A stretch of DNA of 64,000 nucleotides from the human T2T-CHM13v2.0 reference genome, Homo sapiens (GCF_009914755.1 NC_060926.1); one strand, 5' to 3'; positions 1 through 18,097 are shown, counted from the stretch's first letter. Translations and numbers: made by a program. The notes: a model not told the origin generated them from the sequence alone.

Positions 1-129
1 AGGCATCTGGCTAAAAATCCAGTAAGAAGTCAAGGTGGCAACCTAAAATATATTCAGATTATCTAAAAAGAAGGCAGGAAAAGCAGCATAATGGAACAAC
101 AACAAAAAAGGGTAAAATGGTATATTTAA

Positions 130-2010
130 ACCAAGCCTTATGAATAATTATATTGAATGCTAATGGATAAATACTCCAAATAAAAGTCAAAGATTGATAA
201 TGGAATTAAAAAGCGAGAGACAACTATATGCTTCCTAGAAGAGATGTACTTTGAATGTAAAGACTCAGATGGGTTGATAATAAATGAATGGAAAATATTA
301 TCCCATGAAAACAGTAAGTATAACAAGGCTAGATTTGCTAAATTATTATAAAGTAAAATGGGCTTCATTACAAAGAATATTTCCAGAGACAGAGAGGACA
401 ACTTTATAATAATAAAGGGAATATTTATCAGGAAGACATAGTAATTATAAATGTGTATGTATCTAATAATGGCTCCACAGTACATGAAACAAAAATGGAT
501 AGAACTAAATTGAAAAACAGACAATGTCACAATCATAGTTGAATATTTTAACACCCCTCTGTCAGCAATTGTTAGAACAACTTGGCAAACAGCAAGTAAA
601 TACATAGATAAATGGCAACATCAGCCATTTTGACTGAATTGATGTTTATGGAATACACTTGGAATACATGGTGTTTTCAAATGCTTATGGTAAGTGCAGC
701 AAGACCATATACTGGGACATAAAACAAATCTGCATAAATGAAGAATAAATGAATAAATTAAGAAATTGATTACATATAGTACATAGTTTTTTCCATAGAT
801 TACATATAGTACTTAGCTTTTTCTGTAATTGAATTAAATGACATAAATAACTACTGCGTATGTAGAAAAACTCCAGATGTTTGTAAACCAAACAATTAAA
901 CTGCATATTTTATCCATGGACCACAGAACAAAACAGAGAAGAAATTTATATGTGAAGGTCATTCATGAAGTTAAATCATTGATCTCAATGTTACAAAATT
1001 TTCCTCCTATGTTTTCTTCAAGTAAAATTGTTATAACATTGGGTAGTGAAGAAATTTTAGCTAGGACACTAAGCGCATGAACCATAAAAGAAAAAGAGTG
1101 ATAAATTGGACTTTATTAACATTAAAACCTTCTGCTTTTTGAAGACAACATTAAGAAAATGAAAACACCAGCCATAGACTAGGAGAAAATATTTACACGG
1201 CATGTATCTCACAAAAGACTTTTACTTAGCATAAAGACCCCTTTCAACTCAATAGTAGAAACCAACCAATTAAATATGGATAAAATATTTGAACAGACAC
1301 TTGAACAAAGATATATGCATGGCCAAAAGGAGCTTGAAAGATGTGTAATAACATTAGTCATCAGAGAAATGCCAATTAAAACCACAACAAGATACCACTG
1401 TACATTACTGAAAAGACTTACATAACACTTTGTGGGGTAGTTAGAACTCTCATACAATGCTGGTGGTAATGCAAAATGTCACAACTGCTTTGGAACACAG
1501 GTTGGCATTTTCTTATAAAATTAATCATCAATTGCTTCTCCAGGTATTTAGCCATGAGAAATGAAAGTATATGTCCTCACAAAGAGTTGTACACAAATAC
1601 TTGTGGCTGTTTTATGCATAATAGCTTAAAACTGGAAACAACCCAAATGTCCATCAAAACAAATGAGTGATAAACTGCCATGTATCCCTCTCATGAAATA
1701 ATACTCAACAATAAAAAGTTATGAAACACTGATAAATGCAACAGCATGGATGAATCTCAGACACATTATTGTGAGTTAAAGAAGCCAGGCTGTATGATTC
1801 CATTTAATGGAAATTCTAGAACAGCAAAACTACATTGTAATGACAGAAAGTAGATCACAGATTGATTACAAAATGTTGCAAGGGAATATTTTAGGATGAT
1901 GAACAATTTCTATAATTTGATTTAATAGTGGTTATATAGGTGTATGCATTTGTCAAAACAGGTCACAATACTGAATATGGGTTTTATTCATCTGTCATAT
2001 ACTTCACTAA
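130..2010 (+). mobile_element. Old L1 (L1M-type) remnants: ORF2 endonuclease region (~140-930) juxtaposed to ORF2 C-terminus and 3' UTR (~970-2010)
   Basis: Degenerate matches to L1 EN coding sequence (tttaacacccctctgtcagcaattg) and to the L1 3' region (gataaattggactttattaacattaaaaccttctgc; ggaaacaacccaaatgtccatc). Confidence 0.8.
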
Positions 2011-3044
2011 AGGGAAGAATTCACATGACCAGATTTATTTAGAGCTATACTATTTTAAGATTATCAATATAGACTTGGGTTTCAATATTGATTATTCTAT
2101 GCCACCAGTTTCAGAAGTACAACACAAACTATTCAATTTACCTAATTATTAAGTGGAAAAAATGTAGAACAAATTCCCAATAGGAAATTGCTTAGTGTTC
2201 ACATTCGTTATGAAGTTTACTGCTTTTCTGAAGCAAAATCAAGCTAGTTTTCCCCATATATTTTTGGAAACCTGCATGTAAAAGAAATCCCAAAGTTAAT
2301 GGGGGGAATATACTGTTTAGAGCTCAAGTTGGGGGTACTTTTGACCCTTTGCATTTAACACAGATTATTGATATTGAAAAAATATTTGTTGAATTGAAAT
2401 TTTTCCCCTTTTGTGATTGAGAGTCAACAGAAATAACAAATAGAAAGATAGCTAGGATGAATGTAAAATCTTAACATTTCTTAGCACATGAGACTTGTAT
2501 ATAGAATAGCATAGGTAATTGAAATAAAGTGAAGTATTAATATATGATTTCTAGCAACTTGTGTTAATCAATATAAAAATAGGTAATTAGTAGAATTTAT
2601 TTTAAGTCTGTAAATACTATTTTAAGTAGAATCTATATCTGGTATGGAAGGTAAACTATTGGTCATGTGGCAAAATATTAACATTTGGGGAACTGGGTGA
2701 AGGATATACAGTAAGCCCTTGCTTAAGGTCATCATGAGTAGGTTTTTGGAAACTGACTTGAATCAAGACAGTGTACAACAGGTCCTCAAGTAACATTGCT
2801 TGCTTTAACAATGATGAAGAAAAAAACATGGTTTTGTTATAGAACATTTTGCTTAAAATCTCCTGAATGCAGAGGTTTTTCTTTTTTGAAGAAGCCAAGT
2901 GACCAACAGATTGATCACTGGTGTCTTTGCTGCCTATATGAAAATTTGCATAGCAGAGAAAGTTTTAAAAGCTTAATGGCAGAAGATCCAGAGTCTCAAA
3001 ATTTGCCAAGCATGCTACTAGATGTTGTGGAAAAAATAAAGGCA

Positions 3045-3420
3045 TAAAGCATGGGACTTGCCTTCATGGAATTTTTAATTTAGCCCAGGTCAGAGAAATT
3101 TATGAAACTGTACTTAGCAATACTAGGCCCTTTAAACTACAAATGGATAGCACAGATAAAGATATCCTCTAGTTGCTAAGAAAGGAAGACAATATTTAGG
3201 ACTGAGCAGTCACAGAAGGCTTTGTTCACTAAGGGAGGACTTGAGTTGGAACTTGAACAACAGATAGGGTTTAGATGGAGTGATATAGCATAAGCAAAGG
3301 CAAGGAGACGGGAGAATGTAAGTTGTATTTGGGTCCTTTTGTTGAGGGTAATAGTGAGACTTAGGGAAAAGTAGATTTGAAAAAGTTTTTAAATGACCTA
3401 CCTAGCAAGGATAGGGGATT
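3045..3420 (-). mobile_element. L2-like fragment
   Basis: Degenerate L2 motifs (gccttcatggaattttta; gacttgagttggaacttgaa; agcataagcaaaggcaaggag). Confidence 0.45.
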
Positions 3421-3988
3421 TGGACTGCTCTTCCACTTCTACTGGGAATTATTTATAGATTAAACTTGGAATTTTAAACTTACTGTCATTTGGTACTGAT
3501 TTCAAAAATGAATGCTCTTTTAAGTAGATAATTAAAAAGCGGGGATAGTTCTGCTTTTTGTAGTATTTCTTTGTTCCTTGCTTTGGAAGATCAGTGTGAC
3601 CTGGGTGGGCATCGTTCGATTTGGCTTTAGTGTAGCCAAACAATCACGCACAGGAGAGCTCTGAGCTGGCTTTGATTTATGTATGGAAAAAGCAGCTATC
3701 TGAAAGCGCCTTCAGTGTTTAAAGGAGTAGCCTGGTTGTGTGTCATTTAAAGGGATCCTAGTGACCTTTGGAAGAAGATTATTTGAAACGTGCAGTGACA
3801 AGAATGAGAAGGAAATTTGTTTTTAATAGAAATGACACTCTAGATCCTCTTTGATGATGGTACAGAATTTTCTTTGCTGCTTTTCTGGGGCATGAGGGAA
3901 ATGCCCATACAGTGGGAAATTGCTAGCTGAATAAAATAGTAAGTCCTTCTTAGGTACATATATAGCTTGTCATCATATGAATATTTAC

Positions 3989-4297
<309 letters not shown>

Positions 4298-4717
4298 TAA
4301 TGAATACTTCTCTTTTGTTCTCAAAATATCCTCTTATACACCTTATCAACAATTGCTGAAGAGAATTGATTCTTTAATTTATAAAATATTATAACTATAA
4401 ATAAATATTACTAGAGTTTATTTCACTATTCACAACAGTCATAAAAATATTAAAAGTACATGAAAGATTACATACTTGTAAAAGTTTACTGGCTCAATGA
4501 GTCACCTTTTATAGATTTTGGTCAATGAGAGGTAAGAAATGAGAGAACTTTTCTTAAGACAGGCACACAAATGTTATTTGTAAGTGGTTTCTGGCCTTTG
4601 TTTTGATGTGTAAAAGTGGAAATTCCATCTCATGGATAAGTACATGGTTGCAAATGGCATGAGGTTTTTCAGCAGTGTGCTAATTCTGAATGTGGGGATA
4701 TTCTTTTTTAATTTTTT

Positions 4718-4720
<3 letters not shown>

Positions 4721-4752
<32 letters not shown>

Positions 4753-4869
4753 TAGAGACAGGTCTCCCCATATTGCTCAGGCTGGTCTTGAACTCCTGGG
4801 CTCAAGTGTTCTGCCCATCTCGGCCTCCCAAAGTGCTGGGATTATAGGCGTGAGCCACCACACCCAGCC
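4721..4869 (-). mobile_element. FLAM-type Alu left monomer
   Basis: ~30-nt poly-T followed by a single left arm only. Confidence 0.85.
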
Positions 4870-5029
4870 ATGAAAGCGGGGATTTTTGAATCCACCAACT
4901 TTCTGAGGGCTCTTTTTCAAACCCATTTTGATTTTTAACCAAATACTTATAACTTAGTGAGCTGATATTTCATCAAATTACCACAGTTAATAGAATCCAT
5001 GGTTAAAAATAAGACAGCATTTACAACTA

Positions 5030-5288
5030 TGTAATTCCACATGAAGTACCTGGAGTAGCCAAAATTCATAGAACCAAAAAGCAGAACGGGTTGCCGGGGG
5101 CTGGGGGAAGGGGGATTGGGAGTTGTTTAATGGGTATAGAGTTTCAGCTGCAAGATGAAAGTAGTTCTGGAGACTGGTTGTACAACAATGTGAATGTACT
5201 TAACATTACTGAACTGTGTGTTTAAAAATTGTTAAAATGGTATATTTTATGTTATATGTATTTTACCATAGTTTTTAAAAATTAAAAA
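5030..5288 (+). mobile_element. L1MB-type 3' end
   Basis: tttaatgggtatagagtttcag...gtacaacaatgtgaatgtacttaacattactgaactg is the typical L1MA/MB 3' UTR. Confidence 0.8.
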
Positions 5289-5378
5289 GAGAAAAGCATT
5301 TGTAATAGTGTCAAGAAACATCAAATTCCTAGGAATAAACCTATCAAAAGATTTATGAGATCTCTATACTAAAAATCT

Positions 5379-5681
<303 letters not shown>

Positions 5682-5989
5682 CTATAAAACATAATTAAGA
5701 TAAATTAATGAAGATGTAAATAAACGGAGTGATACGTCTTGTTCGTGACTTCATGTTTTAAAATTTCAAGTCTTTCCAAATTAACCTACATAATTAATAC
5801 AATCCTTAAGAAAGTCCCAGAACTTTAAATTTGTTGTTTTTATTGTTTCTGTTGTTTTTTCGTGAAGCTAAAACTGACTTTGAAATTCATATGGAAATGC
5901 AGAGGACTAAGGATATAGCTCAGGCAGTCTTGAAGAACAGAGCTGGAGGGGAGGACTTCTGTTGTCAGATAGCAAGACCTATTTTAAGA

Positions 5990-6165
5990 CAGTGCTCATC
6001 AAATTGGGGTCCCTGGACCAGCAGCATCAGCGTCACCTGGGAGCTTGTTAGAAATGGAATTTCTCCGGCTCCACCCTAAACCCTGTTCAGTCAGAACCTT
6101 TGAGGTTGGAGCCAAGAACTCTGTGTTTTAACAAGCTCTTGAAGTTATTTTTATGCTCTTTAAAA
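5990..6165. mobile_element. MER5A (hAT-Charlie MITE)
   Basis: ccctggaccagcagcatcagcgtcacctgggagcttgttagaaatg...tgttttaacaagc. Confidence 0.8.
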
Positions 6166-7112
6166 ACACAGAATTAAGACATTTTGACACAAGGAAATAT
6201 AAATCAACCAGTAGTCTAGAAACAGATCCATACATATACAGTTCATGTGATTTATGGCAAAGGTGGAGTTGTAAAACAGTGAGAAAGGATAGACTTTTCA
6301 ATAAATATTACTAGGTAATTTATATACCTCTAGGAAAAATGGGCATCTTACCCCTACATCATACTGTATATAAAACATAATTCCAGATAGATCAAATATA
6401 TAAAAGTGAAAAGCAAAACTATAAAGCTCTTAGAGGATGAATGTAGGAGAACATCTTTGAGACCTTAGGACAGTCACACAGGACAGTAAAGCGCTAACAA
6501 AACAAAAAATGGTACGCTGGACCATAGTTAGCACTTCTTTTTATGAAAAGATACCATTACTGTTGTAAAGCACTTAGACTAGTGCCTGAACAGCACATAG
6601 AATGTGTTATATAAATGTTTATTAAATAAAACTAATAAATAAAATGAACAACAAAACAGCAAAAACAGCAAACTTGTATCGAGAACAAATAAAATTCTGG
6701 TTAGAACCACCGTTGTAGAGGCTTTTGCAGTTGAGTAGTTACTGCATTTTTCTCAGAACAAGAGGCTAACTCTCTAGTCGTCAGCCTTTTGGTAATCTCT
6801 GTTATTTAGGACCAGTTTTAGAGTGAACTGTTCAGAAATTTTCTTAGCATTTCTAAGAAATGAGTATGAATTATTGGAATAAAAATATGAATTATAAGAA
6901 TTAACAACATGTAGTATTTTATATCTTCATAAAAATGTGTCCTTTGGGAGAAATAAATAATTGAAATTAAAGTGTTTACTATAATTAACTATACAGAAAC
7001 ATATCAGAGCCTTTTCATGTGCTAAAATAACCCAGCTTTTGGGAAAAAAATTCTGAAATTTGGGAGCGTGGTATATATGCATACTGGATGCTTCATGCAA
7101 AATATTATTAGT

Positions 7113-7240
7113 AGCCAGGCCTAGTGGCTCATGCCTGTAATCCCGGCACTTTGGGAGGCCAAGACAGGAGGATCACTTGAGGCCAGCAGTTTGAGACCAA
7201 CCTGGGTAACATTGTAAGATCCATCTCTATTAAAAAAAAT
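7113..7240 (+). mobile_element. FLAM-type Alu monomer
   Basis: Single left arm with a short A tail. Confidence 0.85.
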
Positions 7241-7352
7241 AAGAAATTATTAGTGACTTTAAAAAAGTAATGAAATATTACTTTGGGCGTAATTATATTT
7301 CTGTCTTTATATGTTCTGTTTATGTTTTTAGCAACACAAAATTTGAATGTAA

Positions 7353-7669
<317 letters not shown>

Positions 7670-7961
7670 TGCTCTGTCTTTTTAAGGATTTTGACAGTAG
7701 TGGTTTTGTAAAATACATATTTTTTTATATACATAACACAAAATGTACCATCTTAACCATTTTTAAGGGTACAGTTCAGTGGCATTAAGTACATTCACAG
7801 TGTTGTGCAACCATCAGTATTATCAATATGCAGAACTTTTTCAGCTTTCCAAACTCTGTATCCATTAAACAATAACTCCCTTTCTCCCCTCCCTTTAGCC
7901 CTTGCAACTACCATTCTACTTTCTAGCCCTATGAGTTTGACTACTCTAGGTACCTTGTTTA

Positions 7962-8832
<871 letters not shown>

Positions 8833-8922
8833 AATAATTGTTCTTTTGTGACTGACTTCACTCAGCATGGTGTCCTCAAAGTTCATCTGTGTTGTGTATA
8901 TCAGAATGCTATTCCTTTTTAA

Positions 8923-9288
<366 letters not shown>

Positions 9289-9612
9289 TATACCACATTT
9301 TATGATCCATTCCTTCACAAACATTTGAGTTGTTTTTGCCTTTTGGCTATGTGTATAATGCTGCCATGAATATTGGTATGCAAATATCTGACTTCAATTC
9401 TTTCAGGCATGACCCAGAAATGGAATTGCTAAATCATGTGGAATACTATATTTAATTTGGAGATAATTTTTTCTAATGCCTAGATTTACTTTTTTCATAC
9501 AAAGATAGGATAAAGTATCTTCTACAGAATATAGAGCAGTCACTAAAAGTTTTACAGTTCCTGTTATTCCTTGATGTATTTTGTTTTCCACTCAGAGAAT
9601 TAGTGAGTAGCC

Positions 9613-9930
<318 letters not shown>

Positions 9931-10452
9931 CTATGGTAATAGCAAATTATATCAGCTTATATTTAGGTCCATGTATTCAGTTACTCATTGCCTCTTATTA
10001 TCAAGGCTGAAACTCTGTGCTTATTTAACCTCTCAATATGTAAGACACCATTCCAAATCTGATGAGTCACAATTTGGGGTTTTCAACATCTTCTTTTATC
10101 TTTACCAATTTTTGGCATCTGAGCAGTTTAGCTGTTCTTAAGTACTTCTTTCTTACACTTTTACTGAACAGTAAAGAAATGTGTTGATAAGATATTTCAG
10201 TAAATGTGAAGTTTGTAATAATTGCATTTAGCTTAATGTTAAAATAGAAAATAACCAAAATTCAACAAAGATGAACTTATTTTCCCTTCATTACTGCAGA
10301 ATTTTGGAGGTGGTTGGTCAACTTTTAGTCTACATTTTTCTCTTTATGGATAAGACATCTTTAGTCACACAGAGCTTAACCTGCTTATTCAGGGGCACAT
10401 AGATAATGGCTGGGACGGTAGAGGAATTCAAGCTAGTTTAGGAAAGAAAGAA

Positions 10453-10728
10453 TTTTTTTTTTTTTGGAGACAGTTTCACTCTGTCACTCAGGCTGGAGTG
10501 CAGTGGAATGATGTTGGCACACTGCAACCTCTCCCTCCTGGGTTCAAACGATTCTCATACCTCAGCCTCCTGAGTGGCTGGAATTGTAGGTGTGCACTAG
10601 CACGCCCAGTTAATTTTTGTTATTTTTAATAGAGATGGGGTTTCACTGTGTTGGCCAGGCTGGTCTTGAATTCCTGACCTCAAGTGATCTGCCTGCCTCA
10701 GCCCCAAAAGTGGCCACTGTGCCTGGCC
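10453..10728 (-). mobile_element. Alu (S/J, small deletion)
   Basis: Antisense dimer. Confidence 0.9.
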
Positions 10729-10832
10729 AGTAATAATTCATCTTAATTTGTAGATTTTTACAAAGCATGGTAGCACATTATGTTGGTACCTTATTATATT
10801 ATTACTTGCCATGAAGCAAATGGAATATTATG

Positions 10833-11124
10833 ATTATTATTTTTGATACAGGGTCTCACTCTGTTCAGCCCAGACTGGAGTGCAGTAGTGTGATCATGGC
10901 TCACTGCAGCCTTGACCAGACTCAAGTGATCCTTCCACTTCAGCCTCCTGAGTAGTTGGAACTACCTGCACATGCCACCACACCCAGCAAATTTGATAAA
11001 TTTTTTTGTAGAGACAGGGGCTTGCTATGCTGCCCAGACTGATTTCAAACTCCTGGTCTCAAGTGATTCTCCCACTTCAGCCTCCCGAAGTGCTGGGATT
11101 ACAGTTAAGCCATCTCACCCAGCC
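10833..11124 (-). mobile_element. AluJ
   Basis: Antisense dimer with J-type gatcatggctcactgcagccttgac. Confidence 0.9.
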
Positions 11125-11159
11125 ATAAAGTTATTATTATTATTATTATTATTTTTTAG

Positions 11160-11474
<315 letters not shown>

Positions 11475-12894
11475 AAGGAACGTGTTGTCTTAAAGAAAAA
11501 ATATTTTAAGTAGTGTTTAAGTTTCTGAGCTGCATTACAAAAGCCTATATAAACCCCAGATTGCCTAGGTCACAGTAATAAAAGTATTATGTCAGGATAA
11601 CTAGTTATTATTTACAATATTATGTCCTTGGGAGCATATGTTCCCAATTCTATCTAGAGAATGCCCCAAAAAAGAATCTATTAGGTGGATTTTCATGAGC
11701 ACCAGTCACTGTTAGTTTTCATTTCTGTTTCCGAAGAACCACCTTTGTATGCCCTTGTCCCTTTGTAAAAGAAGACAGAAGAAAAGTCTCTTTCTTTGTC
11801 CCTCTTTTTATCCCTTTCTTGCAGTGCACCCAACAGTATGTAAGGCACTAGGAATCAAATAGCTGGGACTTCTGCCCTGGAGGAACCAAACTAGATGCAG
11901 TTATAAAGAATCACTGGATAGAGATGGAGTCACTTAGATGAGGTGGTTGAGAAGGCTCCCTCACAAAGTGGCATTAAGGCCAAGACCTAAATGAGACAGA
12001 GCCAGCCTTGTAGGCATTGGGGTGATCACTTCTCAAGTTCTAAATGGAATGGAATTAAGAGCAGTAACCCCCTACTGGGGGGCGTGGTGAAGACTCTGAA
12101 TTAACTCTATCCAGGTGTTTATGTAGATTATGGCTTGAGCTCTCACCAGCTGGGGTTGGCCTGCTGCTTAGGTAGGTTAGATTGGTGTTCTCTCCATTGC
12201 ATTTGGTTGCTGAAATTTTTTTAAAATGCCATTTTCTAATAAGTCAATAGAGCTTCATAAACCAACATATTTCCTGTTTAGTTTTCTTCTTACTTATCCA
12301 ATGTCCCATATTATGGTCAATTCTTACCTCATCATGGGCAGCAGTGTTTTATAAAATATATTGAATATAGCCTATGTGCAATTGCTCCCTTTCAGAAAGA
12401 CTTTCTCAAGTCTTTATATCTCCCAGCCAAATAGACATCATCACATTCTTCAGTGATGCTATTATCCAGTTAGTTCCTTCTTTAAAGCTTTTCAAATGTC
12501 TGTCAGATTGTATCTTATTTTCAGTATTTAGTGAGAATGTTTTGGTTGACCTTCAAATAAAAATCTTAGGCAAGCCTCTTGTTCTCATACCAGTGTAGAA
12601 AACAGTGTGTCTTTGTTATCTAAGGAAGATATTTCATCCCTTTGCTGTGCAAGCGTTTGGGACAACCTTTTTAAAGGTGAGTTTTAACTCTGACAAGCCC
12701 ATGGGCTGAGCTGGTCTGTGCACTGCACCATTGTTGCTAGCAGAATGATCAGTGTGGTTGGAAGGTGAGCACCGTTGCCCATGCCCACTCCGGAGAGGGA
12801 TTTTCTGTTAAGGGTGAGTGTAAACGCTGGAGGAGGAGAGCTCCTGGAGGGGCCAGATGTGCTTTTCAGTGGGAACTCTCATAGGCTCCATTAA

Positions 12895-13030
12895 GCTTTA
12901 CTTATTCTTACTTACTTAATGCTCCCAACTCTGTGAGAGATGGGAATGCTCCTCCAATTTTAGAGAGGAGGAAAGTGAGACACCCAGGGAGGTCAAGTAA
13001 CTTCCCCAGGTCACTTGGTGGGGCTGGGAT
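12895..13030 (-). mobile_element. MIR
   Basis: ttttagagaggaggaaagtgagacacccagggaggtcaagtaacttccccaggtcac (MIR core). Confidence 0.7.
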
Positions 13031-13233
13031 GCCTCTCAATCTTTCACTCTGCAGACTTTTCCCACTGTTTTACAGAGCCTTTTCCTCAGTACTCTTCCAT
13101 TTTGTTGTCATGGGATTATAGATGATAATCCCTTTAATAAGATGAAAAGAAAATGAAGGCAGTGATGTGACCCGTTATGGGTAGTGGAATCAGTTTTGCA
13201 GATTTACCTAATGAGAAAAGTCTTTTCCTTTGA

Positions 13234-13534
<301 letters not shown>

Positions 13535-13779
13535 TGAAAAGTCTTGAGATCACATTTTATAATAAAATCTGACAAGTAGTGTTGTACATTTTAAAGAATT
13601 AGTTTTTTTAATGTCTTCTCTTTCATATTTTTATAGGTCCATATGCACCTATTATGTTAGTAAATTCATTCTTTTTGTAGATTTAAGTTAATGGAGGCCA
13701 ACGAGATAAGGTTATGCATTAAATCTTGTAAACTATTTCAAGGGGATGAAAATATTTTAATTTGCAAAGTTAATTATAG

Positions 13780-13910
13780 AAGAATAAGATTAGAATATAT
13801 ATTTTATGGGGGCAGGGATCCTGTCTGTTTTGTTTGCTATTCTGTCCTTAGGGCCCAGTATACACTGCCATGTAGGGAGTAGGTGCTCAAGTGAGTTAAT
13901 GAACAAATTT
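13780..13910 (+). mobile_element. L2 3' end
   Basis: ggggcagggatcctgtctgttttgtttgct...gtaggtgctcaag...aatgaa. Confidence 0.65.
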
Positions 13911-14459
13911 CACTAAGGTTCTGTTCTTTTGATTCTTCTCTCTTATTCATGTATTCTTGATGTACTCCTCTTCCTTCACCATCTCCAAGTCCTCTTTTTA
14001 CATTACTCTACTTTCTAATGTTTCTTTGGTAGTATCATCCATGTCCAGGAAGTAGTCATATCTTAATTTAGCTATTTAAATGAGCACAAGTTTATTTAGA
14101 GAAAATGTTATAAAATAATATAAAGGTGTTCTGGGACTTAGGATACTAAGTGTTAGTACCAGCTTTTGCTATTAATAGAGGTGTGAGATTGAGCAGGTAA
14201 TTTAACCTGTTGGTGCTTCATTTTCCTCTTATTGTAAGGGGGTTGGTCTATATTAGAGTTAGTTGGTCTAGATTAGAGGTTAAAAATTCAAGTGCCTATA
14301 GGAGTCAGGCAGGTAATAAAAATGAGTGAAATGAACTGTAAGGAGTCATAGGCTGAAGGACTTCTTGCTAACCTTTAATGAGAGTTTGGAGTTATGAATG
14401 AGTTTGATAAAAGACAAATACTTACTTTATCTTAGCCTAATAGTTCTTAAAGTTGGCTA

Positions 14460-14774
<315 letters not shown>

Positions 14775-15483
14775 TCAGAGATCTGATATACTTTTAGAAT
14801 ACCAAGCTTCCCAGGTACTTCTAATGAGTAGCTAGATTTTCAGTGATTAATTGTACTCTAAGATGTTTTCCAAACCTGACTTTTTGAAACAAGAGAAGGA
14901 CCAAGGGTGGCATCAACTTTCAGATAAATAAACAGGTCTTTCTCCTTTATTTGTGGTAATCTTTACTGAAAGTAATTGTTGTAAATGATCACCGAGACAA
15001 TATCAGATTCCAAGTTGTCATCAAAGAGAGTTTACATTGTGCTCATTATACTAAGGAGTCAGTGTTTATCATAGTACATTTTGTCCCTGTTTTCACTTAT
15101 CCAGTACTTTCATTTTGCTTCCCACTACACTTGTGATCATATTGGATGATTTCTACTATGTTCTCTGGGTAATGGTGGTCACAGCTTTCTCTGGGGTTAG
15201 GTTTCAGTGTGTGCATATTCAGTTTTGATATAGGCCAGTCTTTGTTAAGATGCCCCTTCTAGGAATGCATTTTCATTAAAATTGGAAACTCCCTACCCTA
15301 ACAAATGCCAGAAAGCATTCTCATATGTTTTAGAATGATTTCTGTAATACAAATTGAGAAAAAGAGAACTTTTTGTTAACTGGGAAGATTTTCAAATCTG
15401 TGTTTAACTGTACCCTGATATTTTGGAAGAATTAATTTTGTCCTATTCAGAATGAGATCACCTAGCTTATCTCTTTTCTATGA

Positions 15484-15675
<192 letters not shown>

Positions 15676-15887
15676 TAAGCATACATGTTTGCTATGAATG
15701 AAGGAATGAAATGGCTTACATTTCACTCAAATAATTTGTTACTGTTTAGAGAATAAGTTCTATAATTTAACTTCTTGGTTCCAAAGCCCAGCTCTGTGAC
15801 TTAGCAGCTCTGTGAACTCGGTATTTAACCTCTCCAAACCTCATTTTCATCATCTGTAAAAGAGGTTAATAATAATAACAGCACTTA

Positions 15888-16200
<313 letters not shown>

Positions 16201-16508
16201 TTATGGTGAGCATTAAAAGAGACAATAGAAGAATTAATAAATAAAGATATGCAGCCCCATAGGTATGGGTTGTATAAAGAAGTAAAATTCATCCTGATGC
16301 AAAAAATATTCACTAATGAACTAACCACATGTAAGATTAATCCATATTCAGGTACCGTTCTTCATTTAATGCTAATGTTTATTCCTATCCAGTGAGTCAA
16401 TAGCATTTAGTCTCTTTTACACATTTTCTCTTAAACTATCCATGATGCAAATTTATTACCAAGAAAAATGGAAAATCTTACAATAGATGTAGGATTTCGT
16501 AACGTCAA

Positions 16509-16870
16509 TGTCTTAGTCTGTTTGTGCTGCTACAACAATATACCTGAGACTAGGTAATTTATAAAGTACTGAAATTCATGTTCTCGTAGTTGTAAAGGCT
16601 GGAAAGTCTAAGATCAAGGTGCTGGCAGATTCGGTGTCTGGTAAAGCCTCATTGTTCATGGATGGCACTGTCTAGGTGTTCTCATACGACAGAAGAGTGG
16701 AAGAGAGTGAACTCATCCTTTTACACCATTTTATAAGGGCCAAAGTCCTGCTTATGAGGGCTCTGCCCTCAGGACTTAATAATTTCCTAAACATCCTGCT
16801 GCCTAATACTTTCATATTGGCCATTAAGTTTCAACATATATATTTTGGAGGACACATTCGGACTATAGTA
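16509..16870 (-). mobile_element. MLT1A-type MaLR solo LTR
   Basis: tgtcttagtctgtttgtgctgct...ggaaagtctaagatcaaggtgctggcag...ggacacattcggactatag. Confidence 0.85.
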
Positions 16871-16884
16871 ATTAATGAAAGTGA

Positions 16885-17188
<304 letters not shown>

Positions 17189-17697
17189 AAAAATTTATTT
17201 TTATTTTATAAAAATTTCAAACCTATGTAAAAGTCATAAGAACAGTACGAAGAATTCCCATATAGCCTTCACCGTGAGATCTCGTTTAGGCTTTATCAAC
17301 TTGTCCTCATAACATCCTTTGTAGCACAGGGATCCAAGCCTGGCATTTCACTGTCATGTCCTCTCAGGCTCCTTTATTCCAGAACAATTCCTAGTCCTTT
17401 TTTGACCTTGATGGGTTTGATGCTTTTGAAGATTATGGGCTAGTTATTTTGGAGACTGCCCTTCAGTTTGAGTTTGTCTGATGTTTCCTCATGATTTGAT
17501 TCAGGTCATAGAATTTTGGCTGTCATATTGTAGAAATGATGTAGTACTCTTCTTCCCTCAGGTGGCACATGATGTTCACTTATCCTGTCACTGGGGATGT
17601 TATTTGATCATTCAGTAAGCTTGTGTTTGTGAGATTTCTCCCCAAGTAAAGTTACTCTACTCTTTTCCCATTGTAATTAATAAACATTTTCAGGAAG

Positions 17698-18097
17698 TGA
17701 TATGGTTTGAGTATTTGTTCCCTCCGTATCTCTTGTTGAAATGTGATTCCCATTGTTGGAGATGGGGCCTGGTGGGGGGTGTTGGGGTCACGGGAGGGAG
17801 CAGACCCCTCATGAATATCCTAGTGCCCTCCCCACAGTAATAAGTGACTTGTCCCTCTGTTAGTTCATGTGAGAGCTTGTCTGAGAGAGCCTGGCTTCTC
17901 TTTTGTTTCCTTTCTTGCCATGTGATCCACTTGCTTCCCTTCCCTTCTGCCATGACTATAAGCTTCCTGAGGCTTCATCAGTAGCTGAGGTACATGCTTG
18001 TACAGCCTGCAGAACCATGAGCCAAATAAACATCTTTTCTTTATAAATTACCAAGCCTCAGGTATTCCTTTACAGCAACACAAAACAGATTAACACA
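17698..18097 (+). mobile_element. MSTA/MSTB MaLR solo LTR
   Basis: TG...CA ends, tgatatggtttg start, aataaa signal, 5-bp TSD ggaag/gggag. Confidence 0.9.
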
